NCBI RefSeq assembly: GCF_017348835.2
Contig: NZ_CP072315.1
Strand: one strand, 5' to 3'
From: Escherichia coli
GTDB taxonomy: Bacteria > Pseudomonadota > Gammaproteobacteria > Enterobacterales > Enterobacteriaceae
Length of the DNA stretch: 64,000 nucleotides
The number at the start of each line of letters is the position of its first letter. The first letter of the stretch is position 1. Of this stretch, positions 30,003 through 39,079 are shown one piece after another. Below the pieces are notes generated by a model. That model was not told the DNA's origin. It saw only the letters and a program-made list of their open reading frames with translations, and did no database searches. The position numbers were made by a program, and so were the translations under genes.

Positions 30003-30899
30003 ATGATGAAAGAGCCTCATCCGTTACTTCAGTTGGTACTAAACGATTCCGGTCGTCTAACCATGCCTGTTTATTATAGAGATCAACAGTATTGCCCGAC
30101 TTGCCTTACAAAGGTGTTGAAGAGTGAGGATGGAAGTTTGGCGCACCTCGGGGAAATAAATCAAAATACATGTAGACCTTCTATTTCAGTAGTTGTGACA
30201 AAAGCAATTATTGAAATGTTATGTGACGGGGAAAAAATATATGTAAATCCAATACGACACCGAGGCCGGGTGCTGGCACCCTCAGTAATTTTTTCTCCCG
30301 ACACTCACACTTTCAAACCGTTTATAAATACAGACTATCAGCCTGTGGGAGCAAACTGGAAAAGTGAAAAGGGATATAAACTCGGTCTGTTTTATCTCAA
30401 AGATCGAGCCAACTCTATCAATAAAGAGGAATTTGATTTCATTGCCGTTATAGACCCTGAGGCAATGCAGAAAGAATTTATTTCGGCCTGGTCTGAGGTT
30501 GATGAAAAAAATCCATTGGAAACGCTGAAGCAGATCTTACGATCTAAAAACAACTCTTCTTTATGGGTAAAATGGCCTGGCAAAATTGAGCATGCGCAAA
30601 AAGGAAATTACAACGAAAATTACTGGTTCGATTATCAATCTGATAATCAGGAAGTGAACTGTACGGTCTCTGTTGTAGGTATCGAAGGTAACAGTTCCGG
30701 TGAGACAATTTATAGATTGCAAACTTTGCTAAAGCGTAAGCTCAATGAATATCAACTGGTTCGGTCTTTAGGGACTATTATGCTTCTTGATAATACCGGG
30801 AATATGATTCCATCAAACCATCCTTATTTTGAAGTCATCTCAAAAGCATGTATAAATGGAGTGCGTGACTTTGTTCGTCAAAACCCGTGGGTAGTCTGA
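30003..30899 (+). CDS. Hypothetical protein
   Basis: ATG 3 nt after the nuclease stop gives 298 aa; the track ORF from 29919 is an upstream extension overlapping the nuclease. Confidence 0.5.
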   Translation: MMKEPHPLLQLVLNDSGRLTMPVYYRDQQYCPTCLTKVLKSEDGSLAHLGEINQNTCRPSISVVVTKAIIEMLCDGEKIYVNPIRHRGRVLAPSVIFSPDTHTFKPFINTDYQPVGANWKSEKGYKLGLFYLKDRANSINKEEFDFIAVIDPEAMQKEFISAWSEVDEKNPLETLKQILRSKNNSSLWVKWPGKIEHAQKGNYNENYWFDYQSDNQEVNCTVSVVGIEGNSSGETIYRLQTLLKRKLNEYQLVRSLGTIMLLDNTGNMIPSNHPYFEVISKACINGVRDFVRQNPWVV

Positions 30900-30946
30900 C
30901 GGTCAACTATAAAGCATAATATAATTAGTAATAACAAGGAACAGAC

Positions 30947-31354
30947 ATGAATGAAAACTCAGTAATCTTAATAAGTTTATTTTGGTTTTTTTTGGGATCG
31001 AGTGTTGTAGCTGGTTTTATGGATGCATCATTATATTGCTGGATTTTTGCAGCCATAAGCGCATTGTTTCTTCTTTCGGTGATACAAACACCAAAGGAGT
31101 TAACGGTATCTATTAGTCATATGACAAGCAAAACGCTGATCTCAAAGACAGATGATGGATACACATTTAGCATTTCACCTTACGGAGACGGGTACCGCTT
31201 ATCAGTCTCGCCTGAAAATCGTCACAATGGTACCCAAAGCTTTGACGGCTGGTTCCCACGTTTTTTTTCCGAACCACAGTATGCCAAATCATCTTTAACT
31301 AAATTTCTCGGTGAGTCCTTAGTATGGGAAGAAGATTCAAGTAATGCTCTATGA
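30947..31354 (+). CDS. Hypothetical small membrane protein
   Basis: 135-aa ORF with two N-terminal hydrophobic helices; AT-rich context. Confidence 0.45.
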   Translation: MNENSVILISLFWFFLGSSVVAGFMDASLYCWIFAAISALFLLSVIQTPKELTVSISHMTSKTLISKTDDGYTFSISPYGDGYRLSVSPENRHNGTQSFDGWFPRFFSEPQYAKSSLTKFLGESLVWEEDSSNAL

Positions 31355-31399
31355 GATTACTTATTATAAATTTTTCTATTAATCTCCATGGAGTGATAT

Positions 31400-31654
31400 A
31401 TGAATTTGGCCTATTTTTTATTTTTGTCTATAACTGTTATGCTTACGAGCTTTATTATTAAATCACTTGTCGTATTGGTAAAGTTCAAATTACTTCGTGA
31501 TGAACGTCTCGAATATACCAGCAATAAAAATATTGATGAGATGTACGATTTAATGAATGCGAAGGAAGAAATCCTCATAAGGCATCATAAGCAGATGTTG
31601 GCATTGCATCTTTCACTATTAATATTCGTTCTATTTATTGCTTACATTTACTAA
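31400..31654 (+). CDS. Hypothetical small membrane protein
   Basis: 84-aa ORF with hydrophobic N- and C-terminal helices. Confidence 0.4.
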   Translation: MNLAYFLFLSITVMLTSFIIKSLVVLVKFKLLRDERLEYTSNKNIDEMYDLMNAKEEILIRHHKQMLALHLSLLIFVLFIAYIY

Positions 31655-31691
31655 AAATAATTTTATTCAACATTTCAACAAAGGGTTTTCA

Positions 31692-31979
31692 ATGGAAAGC
31701 TTCGAAACTGAACAAATGATTCAATATGCTTTCTACATAAATATCGTAATAACGACTGGTTTGGCATGGTTTTGCTTGCGGTCAGGATTGCATTACAATT
31801 TTTTCAGAAAAGCAGAGAGTGCCAGAACAAAAGGGCTGAGTAGTACCTCTACTGAACACGGTCCAGCAATAGTGAGACTAAAGAAGCTACAAGCATTAGT
31901 AGATTTTATTAGTAACTGTGCTTTTCTAATCCTTTCAATTGGCACAGCTTATATTTTGTATGTTTGGAGCCACAGTTAA
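31692..31979 (+). CDS. Hypothetical small membrane protein
   Basis: ATG at 31692 gives 95 aa (MESFETEQ...); the track start at 31638 overlaps the previous gene. Confidence 0.4.
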   Translation: MESFETEQMIQYAFYINIVITTGLAWFCLRSGLHYNFFRKAESARTKGLSSTSTEHGPAIVRLKKLQALVDFISNCAFLILSIGTAYILYVWSHS

Positions 31980-32015
31980 CTCATACGAGGTAACTTCGGC
32001 AGGTAACAACTTCTA

Positions 32016-32246
32016 ATGCAGGACTTTAATAACTCTAAGGGATTCTACATGAAAAAAGACGATCTAATTACGCGTTGTAAATTACTTAAAGGCGAACGCG
32101 ATGAGTCTATCTTTACCATATTAATTGGGATAGTAGTAAAGCTGGGGCTGGTAGGCCTGGCATTCTATCTGTTGCTTGGTTCCACGATTGATTGGTCAAG
32201 CTGGAAAACTTATGCCGCCATGTTGATCTTGGGAGCATTTCTCTAA
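32016..32246 (+). CDS. Hypothetical small membrane protein
   Basis: 76-aa ORF (alternative start at 32049) with a hydrophobic helix. Confidence 0.4.
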   Translation: MQDFNNSKGFYMKKDDLITRCKLLKGERDESIFTILIGIVVKLGLVGLAFYLLLGSTIDWSSWKTYAAMLILGAFL

Positions 32247-32582
32247 AATCTTGAACCTTTTTTCACTCATTACAAGCCATGACCTAGTGCGTAGATCATA
32301 CGATCTTTAAACCTTATGTCATTGATTTATAAGTACATATAACAAAGATTATGTTAAATACTGTATGTATGTACAGCATCAACAGTTGCCCCCCTCATAT
32401 TGAGGTAATTGCTACATTCATACCACTATTCTTCTTATAGTATCGACATCCTGAATTATTGCACCCTACTGCTTTGTCTTTAGCTGTTCCGAATTAAAAT
32501 TCATTGCTCAATTTGGATCACATGACGATCAGCGTATTCCTTTGCTTTATCAAAGTTAAGTTTTTAAAACATAAGATATGTA

Positions 32583-33044
32583 ATGACAAATTCTCAATCT
32601 GATTTTCCTTTGAACGATCAAAATTTTCAGGCAGATTTGCTGAAAATCAAAAAGGTTTTCGCCGACCTTATAACGCAGGCATCAGATGGTAAGATACCCA
32701 TAAGGTCTTCTCATGTACACGGCTTACACCATTTCGAGGAGCTCTACATCCGGGCAAGAGCAGGCATGTGTTCGGTCCTGGGATATCCGGTCATGGTTGT
32801 TTCAACTATCTCAGTTAAAGAGCCCGGCACAGGCATTTTTAGAGCGCTTCTTGCAGAATTGAAATGTATTGCAGATGAACAAAATTACATTTTGAAAATT
32901 GAAAATGTACTGCCTCCCCTATTCCGCAAATACCTTATTCAAGAAGGTTTTGTTTTCCCAGGTGAACCTTGGATGTGTGGTTCCGGCTATTGGTTTAAGA
33001 ACCCACAAGTACTTCATGAAAATATTGAGTTATTATCTGTTTAA
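32583..33044 (+). CDS. Hypothetical protein, possibly GNAT-like
   Basis: 153-aa ORF; core resembling acetyl-CoA-binding motif A (KEPGTGIFRALLAEL) — weak inference. Confidence 0.4.
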   Translation: MTNSQSDFPLNDQNFQADLLKIKKVFADLITQASDGKIPIRSSHVHGLHHFEELYIRARAGMCSVLGYPVMVVSTISVKEPGTGIFRALLAELKCIADEQNYILKIENVLPPLFRKYLIQEGFVFPGEPWMCGSGYWFKNPQVLHENIELLSV

Positions 33045-33073
33045 GTCGATCTAACAATTTCACTGGAGCTAAC

Positions 33074-33481
33074 ATGTCCCCGGAATTGGTATCAGACATT
33101 GCAAGAGTGGCGCATGAAAAGCTACTTTCAATTTTAACGGAGTGCGGCATAGAGAAGACGGCAGGCACTTGCCTTTTTGCAAGCTATCTTGTGTGTTATT
33201 TAGCAAAAACTAAAGGTCTAGATGCTGTTGTCCGTGGGGGTAACGGTGCAGATGATGGCGGTATATTTATAGAGTGTGGTGGCTTTGGCCATTATTGGTG
33301 TGAGTTGAATTTCGAAGAAGTGCAATATTATATTGACATCACTTCCGAACAGTTTGGGTTTCATCCATACATAGTGAAACTCGCCAACGATATAACAGGA
33401 TGGCCTCGATATATTCCTGGTGATCAGGAAACGGTCGATAGTCATTTAGAACAATTATTACGCGACGGCTATACAGAATAG
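33074..33481 (+). CDS. Hypothetical protein with Cys-His-Asp triad-like spacing (possible papain/transglutaminase-like fold)
   Basis: 135-aa ORF with ordered conserved-looking C (GTCLF), H (GHYWC) and D (YYIDIT); 29 nt after the previous gene. Confidence 0.4.
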   Translation: MSPELVSDIARVAHEKLLSILTECGIEKTAGTCLFASYLVCYLAKTKGLDAVVRGGNGADDGGIFIECGGFGHYWCELNFEEVQYYIDITSEQFGFHPYIVKLANDITGWPRYIPGDQETVDSHLEQLLRDGYTE

Positions 33482-33531
33482 GCTGCGTATACCCTATCGC
33501 AGCCTTTCAGGCTCTTAACCCTTGTGACCTG

Positions 33532-34059
33532 TTAACGGAACCACTCAGGATGACGCTGCCGATCAACTTTGATAACCTGCGAATTAAATTCAACGACATC
33601 CGCTGGAGTAAGCATTAATTCATCAGGATTTACAATAAATGGTCTTAAAACCACTTCGCCACCGTCTTCTTTTGCACCGTAGATATTAATAAGAAAGTGC
33701 AGTCGTTGATTTCCTTCAGCATTGCGTTGCCATTCTCTAAAAGTCAAAGTTTGTTTAATATAGTTTGTTAAAAGAAATGCGAATTCAGATTCTTCCGTTT
33801 GTGAGATACCGATTTTGTTAGACATTTTTTTTAGTATCTTTCCGAGCATGGACACACAGGCATCTAGACTTAACGATGTTGAAATTTTGGTCGTATTAAA
33901 ATCCTCCTGCGAAAGTGAAATCATCCATGTATTATCTTTATGATAGTCGGTAATATAAATAAAATGAGATGTAAAAGGCGTTGAGTGATTGAACTCTCCT
34001 AAGTTCCATCCATACTGACTCACTGTATTTGAGCTAAGTTCTTTGTCGGTAATGTTCAT
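33532..34059 (-). CDS. Hypothetical protein
   Basis: 175-aa ORF. Confidence 0.4.
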   Translation of the reverse strand: MNITDKELSSNTVSQYGWNLGEFNHSTPFTSHFIYITDYHKDNTWMISLSQEDFNTTKISTSLSLDACVSMLGKILKKMSNKIGISQTEESEFAFLLTNYIKQTLTFREWQRNAEGNQRLHFLINIYGAKEDGGEVVLRPFIVNPDELMLTPADVVEFNSQVIKVDRQRHPEWFR

Positions 34060-34225
34060 AATTCATACCTTTCGATAAAGTCTGTAATGATAATTAGCTA
34101 TCTCAAAGGACCAGAACAACTCTTGAAATAACCACACTCGAAGAATTTATCATATTGAACACCCCTACCTAATAACCTTGCCGACTTAATAAATCACAAT
34201 AGCCCTCCCCTGACATTTTAAAATG

Positions 34226-34612
34226 CTACTTGAATTTTTGATAGCTTATGGTTGTTTTATGTTCTTTGTGATACGCATATGTCATCTTCTCTTTCCAGTA
34301 CCAATCTTGTAGATCCTGCAAGTCTAGCCCATTTTTCTCACGTATGCTTTCGTGTAATTCGCTAAGCGCGAGTTTATCATTAGGTTTATAAATGGCTAAT
34401 TTTTCTTCAAATAAATCCAGCCAACGTTTCCCCATCTTACGACGCAAAACAAACACCATCGTGATAAATGTAATGAAATGCACAGCAATTAGTTCCAACT
34501 TATGCGATTGCTGACCAGATAAAATTACTATTGTAACAACAGGGATGGCCGTATATAAAGCAATCAAAGCGACCATAAGTTGGTATGGTTTTTCCCGTAT
34601 TACCATGTTCAT
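34226..34612 (-). CDS. Hypothetical membrane protein
   Basis: 128-aa ORF with two hydrophobic helices; ends 41 bp from the Tn1721 inverted repeat. Confidence 0.45.
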   Translation of the reverse strand: MNMVIREKPYQLMVALIALYTAIPVVTIVILSGQQSHKLELIAVHFITFITMVFVLRRKMGKRWLDLFEEKLAIYKPNDKLALSELHESIREKNGLDLQDLQDWYWKEKMTYAYHKEHKTTISYQKFK

Positions 34613-34652
34613 GGGTAAACCAGAGGACGCTACTGCTTGCCAAAATCTTAAA

Positions 34653-34690
34653 GGGGAGCCCGCAGAATTCGGAAAAAATCGTACGCTAAG
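34653..34690 (+). repeat. Tn1721-type 38-bp terminal inverted repeat (IRR-like)
   Basis: GGGGAGCCCGCAGAATTCGGAAAAAATCGTACGCTAAG. Confidence 0.85.
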
Positions 34691-35360
34691 GTTTTCCGGG
34701 CATCCGTAAGGGCCGAAACTTCCCGTCTTCCAGTCTGCGGCTCTGCCGCCAGACGTAATCGCCGGTTAGGTTGATGTGCTCCCAGCCCAGCGGCGACAGG
34801 AATTGCAGCAGCTCGCCGTCCACCGGCTTGCCGGCCTCGACCAACCCCTGGGTGGCGCGTTCCAGGTACACCGTGTTCCACAGCACGATAGCCGCCGTCA
34901 CCAGGTTGAGGCCGCTGGCCCGGTAGCGCTGCTGCTCGAAGCTCCGATCCCTGATTTCCCCAAGGCGGTTGAAGAACACCGCCCTGGCCAGCGAGTTGCG
35001 CGCCTCACCTTTGTTCAGGCCGGCATGCACGCGGCGGCGCAGTTCAACACTTTGCAGCCAGTCCAGGATGAACAGCGTGCGCTCGATCCGGCCCAGCTCG
35101 CGCAGGGCCACGGCCAGTCCGTTCTGGCGCGGGTAGCTGCCGAGCTTGCGCAGCATCAGCGAGGCGGTGACGGTGCCCTGCTTGATCGAGCTGGCCAGGC
35201 GCAGGATGTCGTCCCAGTGGGCACGCACGTGCTTGATGTTCAGGGTGCCGCCGATCAGCGGGCGCAACGTCGGGTAGGCTTGCACGCCCTGCGGCACGTA
35301 CAGCTTGGTTTCGCCGAGGTCGCGGATGCGCGGCGCGAAGCGGAAGCCTAGCAGGTGCAT
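34686..35360 (-). pseudogene. tnpA: 3' fragment of a Tn21-subgroup (Tn1721-type) transposase gene
   Basis: 224-aa ORF ending inside the 38-bp inverted repeat with Tn3-family transposase C-terminal character; fragment continues to the Tn3 repeat junction near 35400. Confidence 0.7.
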
Positions 35361-35402
35361 CAGGGCAAAGACGTGATCGGTGAAGCCGGCCGTGTCGGTG
35401 TA

Positions 35403-35440
35403 GGGGTCTGACGCTCAGTGGAACGAAAACTCACGTTAAG
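35403..35440 (+). repeat. Tn3 38-bp terminal inverted repeat
   Basis: GGGGTCTGACGCTCAGTGGAACGAAAACTCACGTTAAG. Confidence 0.9.
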
Positions 35441-36738
35441 CAACGTTTTCTGCCTCTGACGCCTCTTTTAATGGTCTCAGATGTCCTTTGGTCACCAGTT
35501 CTGCCAGCGTGAAGGAATAATGGCCGAGCATATTGATATGTCCGTGGCAAAGCGGGGAGAGGCGTGCGATATCTTCATCATTCAGTGTTTCACCCTGCGC
35601 CCGGAGATGATCCAGGGCTGCCTGCATATAAATAGTGTTCCATAACACGACGGCGTTAGTGACCAGCCCCAGTGTGCCCAGTTGATCTTCCTGACCGTCG
35701 GTATATCGTTTTCTTATCTCACCTTTTTGACCGTGACAGATGGCTCTGGCAACGGCATGGCGACTTTCTCCCCGATTAAGCTGGGTCAGAATGCGCCGGC
35801 GGTAATCTTCATCATCAATATAATTAAGCAGATACAGCGTTTTGTTGATGCGCCCCACTTCAATGATTGCCTGAGTCAGTCCGGAAGGACGTTCACTTTT
35901 CAGCAATGAACGGACCAGCACTGAAACCTGTACTTTGCCCAGCTTCAGGGAGCCAGCGGTCCGGATCATTTCGTCCCACTGAAGGACTATTTTTCGGGGA
36001 TCTGATTGCCCTCTGGCAATATCATTCAGCACGCCATAGTCGGCATCATGGTCCATTCGCCAGAAAACCGAAGCACCGGCATCAGCCAGGCGTGGAGAAA
36101 ACTGGTATCCCAGCAGCCAGAAAAGGCCAAAGACAAGTTCGCTGGCACCTGCTGTATCGGTCATAATTTCGGTTGGATTCAGCCCGGTCTCCTGTTCCAG
36201 AAGACCTTCCAGCACAAAGATAGAGTCCCTCAGCGTCCCCGGTATAACGATGCCATGAAAGCCGGAATACTGATCGGACACAAAGTTGTACCAGGTGATC
36301 CCTCTGTTATTACCAAAGTATTTGCGGTTCGGTCCGGCATTGATTGTTCTGACTGGCGTAACAAAGCGCATTCCATCTGCAGATGCCACTTCTCCTCCAC
36401 CCCATATCTGTGCCAGTGGCAGCGTTGCCTGAAAATCAACCAGTCTGGCATTAGCGCTGGTGATAGTTTCAGCCCGCAGATAGTTCGCTTTTGTCCAGTT
36501 CAGCCGGTGTCGGGTCAGTGCAGGAACATTTGATCTGATCAGTGGTTCCAGACCGATATTGCAGGCTTCAGCCATCAGCACGGCGCTGATGCTGACGGGC
36601 AGATCATCAACTCTGGCACTGGCTTCACTAGCATGGAAAAACTCATCAGCAAATCCGGTATGGGCGTTAATTTCGAGCAGCAACTCCGTTAAATCCACCG
36701 GAGGGAGTAGATCACTGATCATTTTGCTCAGTCGTTTC
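35436..36738 (-). pseudogene. tnpA: Tn3 transposase gene, 3' portion, truncated by IS26
   Basis: About 430 C-terminal residues of Tn3-type TnpA (…RLSKMISDLLPPVDLTELLLEINAHTGF… to …HLRPLKEASEAENVA); the track ORF's start codon lies inside IS26. Confidence 0.85.
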
Positions 36739-37557
36739 GGCACTGTTGCAAATAGTCGGTGGTGATAAACTTATCATCCCCTTTTGCTGATGGAGCTGCA
36801 CATGAACCCATTCAAAGGCCGGCATTTTCAGCGTGACATCATTCTGTGGGCCGTACGCTGGTACTGCAAATACGGCATCAGTTACCGTGAGCTGCAGGAG
36901 ATGCTGGCTGAACGCGGAGTGAATGTCGATCACTCCACGATTTACCGCTGGGTTCAGCGTTATGCGCCTGAAATGGAAAAACGGCTGCGCTGGTACTGGC
37001 GTAACCCTTCCGATCTTTGCCCGTGGCACATGGATGAAACCTACGTGAAGGTCAATGGCCGCTGGGCGTATCTGTACCGGGCCGTCGACAGCCGGGGCCG
37101 CACTGTCGATTTTTATCTCTCCTCCCGTCGTAACAGCAAAGCTGCATACCGGTTTCTGGGTAAAATCCTCAACAACGTGAAGAAGTGGCAGATCCCACGA
37201 TCCTCAACACGGATAAAGCGCCCGCCTATGGTCGCGCGCTTGCTCTGCTCAAACGCGAAGGCCGGTGCCCGTCTGACGTTGAACACCGACAGATTAAGTA
37301 CCGGAACAACGTGATTGAATGCGATCATGGCAAACTGAAACGGATAATCAACGCCACGCTGGGATTTAAATCCATGAAGACGGCTTACGCCACCATCAAA
37401 GGTATTGAGGTGATGCGTGCACTACGCAAAGGCCAGGCCTCAGCATTTTATTATGGTGATCCCCTGGGCGAAATGCGCCTGGTAAGCAGAGTTTTTGAAA
37501 TGTAAGGCCTTTGAATAAGACAAAAGGCTGCCTCATCGCTAACTTTGCAACAGTGCC
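36739..37557 (+). mobile_element. IS26 copy 1 (819 bp, transposase frameshifted)
   Basis: 14-bp ends GGCACTGTTGCAAA / TTTGCAACAGTGCC; 1 bp shorter than the other copies from a change near 37198 (CCCACGATCCTCAACACGG versus CCCACGATTCATCAACACGG in other copies); no 8-bp target duplication. Confidence 0.9.
36802..37505 (+). pseudogene. tnp26: IS26 transposase gene, frameshifted
   Basis: Reading frame splits into track ORFs 36784..37314 and 37185..37505; protein diverges after KKWQIPR. Confidence 0.85.
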
Positions 37558-37680
37558 GCCCCAGCAGCATCTCCAGCTGTGAACGCTGTTCGGCTGACGG
37601 TATCAGTGCCAGTTTGTTCCACAGGCGCAACGTCGCCTTTTCCCTTACCTCTGAAATCAACCGGGTCAGCGTAGTGGCTC
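37558..37680 (-). pseudogene. tnpA: Internal fragment of Tn3 transposase gene
   Basis: Encodes …ISEVREKATLRLWNKLALIPSAEQRSQLEMLLG, an internal TnpA segment not contiguous with the 3' fragment on the other side of IS26; right boundary approximate. Confidence 0.6.
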
Positions 37681-37707
37681 CGGGGAGAATAATAGTCTAT
37701 CCCGGCA

Positions 37708-38085
37708 TTGCCAGTCGGGGATATTAAAAAGAGTATAGGTTTTTATTGCGATAAACTAGGTTTCACTTTGGTTCACCATGAAGATGGATTCGCAGTTCTA
37801 ATGTGTAATGAGGTTCGGATTCATCTATGGGAGGCAAGTGATGAAGGCTGGCGCTCTCGTAGTAATGATTCACCGGTTTGTACAGGTGCGGAGTCGTTTA
37901 TTGCTGGTACTGCTAGTTGCCGCATTGAAGTAGAGGGAATTGATGAATTATATCAACATATTAAGCCTTTGGGCATTTTGCACCCCAATACATCATTAAA
38001 AGATCAGTGGTGGGATGAACGAGACTTTGCAGTAATTGATCCCGACAACAATTTGATTAGCTTTTTTCAACAAATAAAAAGCTAA
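37708..38085 (+). CDS. bleO: Bleomycin-binding protein, Gram-positive (pUB110-type) BleO-like
   Basis: 125 aa from TTG at 37708; sequence PVGDIKKSIGFYCDKLGFTLVHHEDGFAVLMCNEVRIHLWEASDEGW… matches the pUB110 bleomycin-resistance protein as I recall it; an in-frame stop upstream suggests the native N-terminus is missing. Confidence 0.7.
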   Translation: MPVGDIKKSIGFYCDKLGFTLVHHEDGFAVLMCNEVRIHLWEASDEGWRSRSNDSPVCTGAESFIAGTASCRIEVEGIDELYQHIKPLGILHPNTSLKDQWWDERDFAVIDPDNNLISFFQQIKS

Positions 38086-38404
38086 AATCTATTATTAATC
38101 TGTTCAGCAATCGGGCGCGATTGCTGAATAAAAGATACGAGAGACCTCTCTTGTATCTTTTTTATTTTGAGTGGTTTTGTCCGTTACACTAGAAAACCGA
38201 AAGACAATAAAAATTTTATTCTTGCTGAGTCTGGCTTTCGGTAAGCTAGACAAAACGGACAAAATAAAAATCTAAATATGCTTGAACAACTTGTAACTTA
38301 AATTCATAACTGTATTTTGCCATAAAAAATGACCTCCCATAAGTTAGATTTTTGGTCTAACTTATGGGGGTCAGTTCATTCTACACTTGGGCTGCATGTT
38401 TTGA

Positions 38405-38797
38405 TTAATTATCTAATATCTCCGGATCTCCTGTAAAGGAATATAAAACTGCCTGCATGTTTTTCAAATAAAATACGGTGAATTTCCCATCATCAGCGCT
38501 ATACCAATCTCTCAAATGCGGATTTGCTTCAAGCATTGCTTCCCTTGCTTCCACGGTATCATCAATTACGGCTTCGCCGGTGAGCCGAATCCATTTTCCT
38601 TTTGCCATACCTGAGACTTCCACCTTTGAATTTGCCAATAACTGCTGATAAACTTTTTTCTGATTGGTTGTACCAAGATAGACCTTGCCATTCCTCTCCA
38701 TGGCTGCATTAAACGGTCTGACCCTTGGCTGGTCTCCTTCAACGGTTGCAAAATAAAAAGTTTTTGCTTCATTTAAAAAATCAACAACTTGACTCAT
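38405..38797 (-). CDS. Pyridoxamine 5'-phosphate oxidase-like (flavin-binding split-barrel) protein
   Basis: 130-aa ORF in an AT-rich, Gram-positive-like segment; fold assignment tentative. Confidence 0.5.
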   Translation of the reverse strand: MSQVVDFLNEAKTFYFATVEGDQPRVRPFNAAMERNGKVYLGTTNQKKVYQQLLANSKVEVSGMAKGKWIRLTGEAVIDDTVEAREAMLEANPHLRDWYSADDGKFTVFYLKNMQAVLYSFTGDPEILDN

Positions 38798-39079
38798 CCT
38801 TTTTTACCTCCATAAATAAATTTTTCTTTACTTTTCTTTGACCTAAATTCCACGTGCATTTTTTATTAGCTTAAAAGAACACTATTTCACGAAGAATTTA
38901 AACTGATACTCCCACATTGTAACATTATTTACCACCACCTTTCAATCTTTTTCAATAAATTATTGATTGCAACTTTTGAGTAAAGATACTTATTAAACCC
39001 TGCAAGTTATCCACAGAGCAACACTCGATTTTCAAGATGATATCTTTATTACACCAGACATTTTTCATACACTTCCTTG

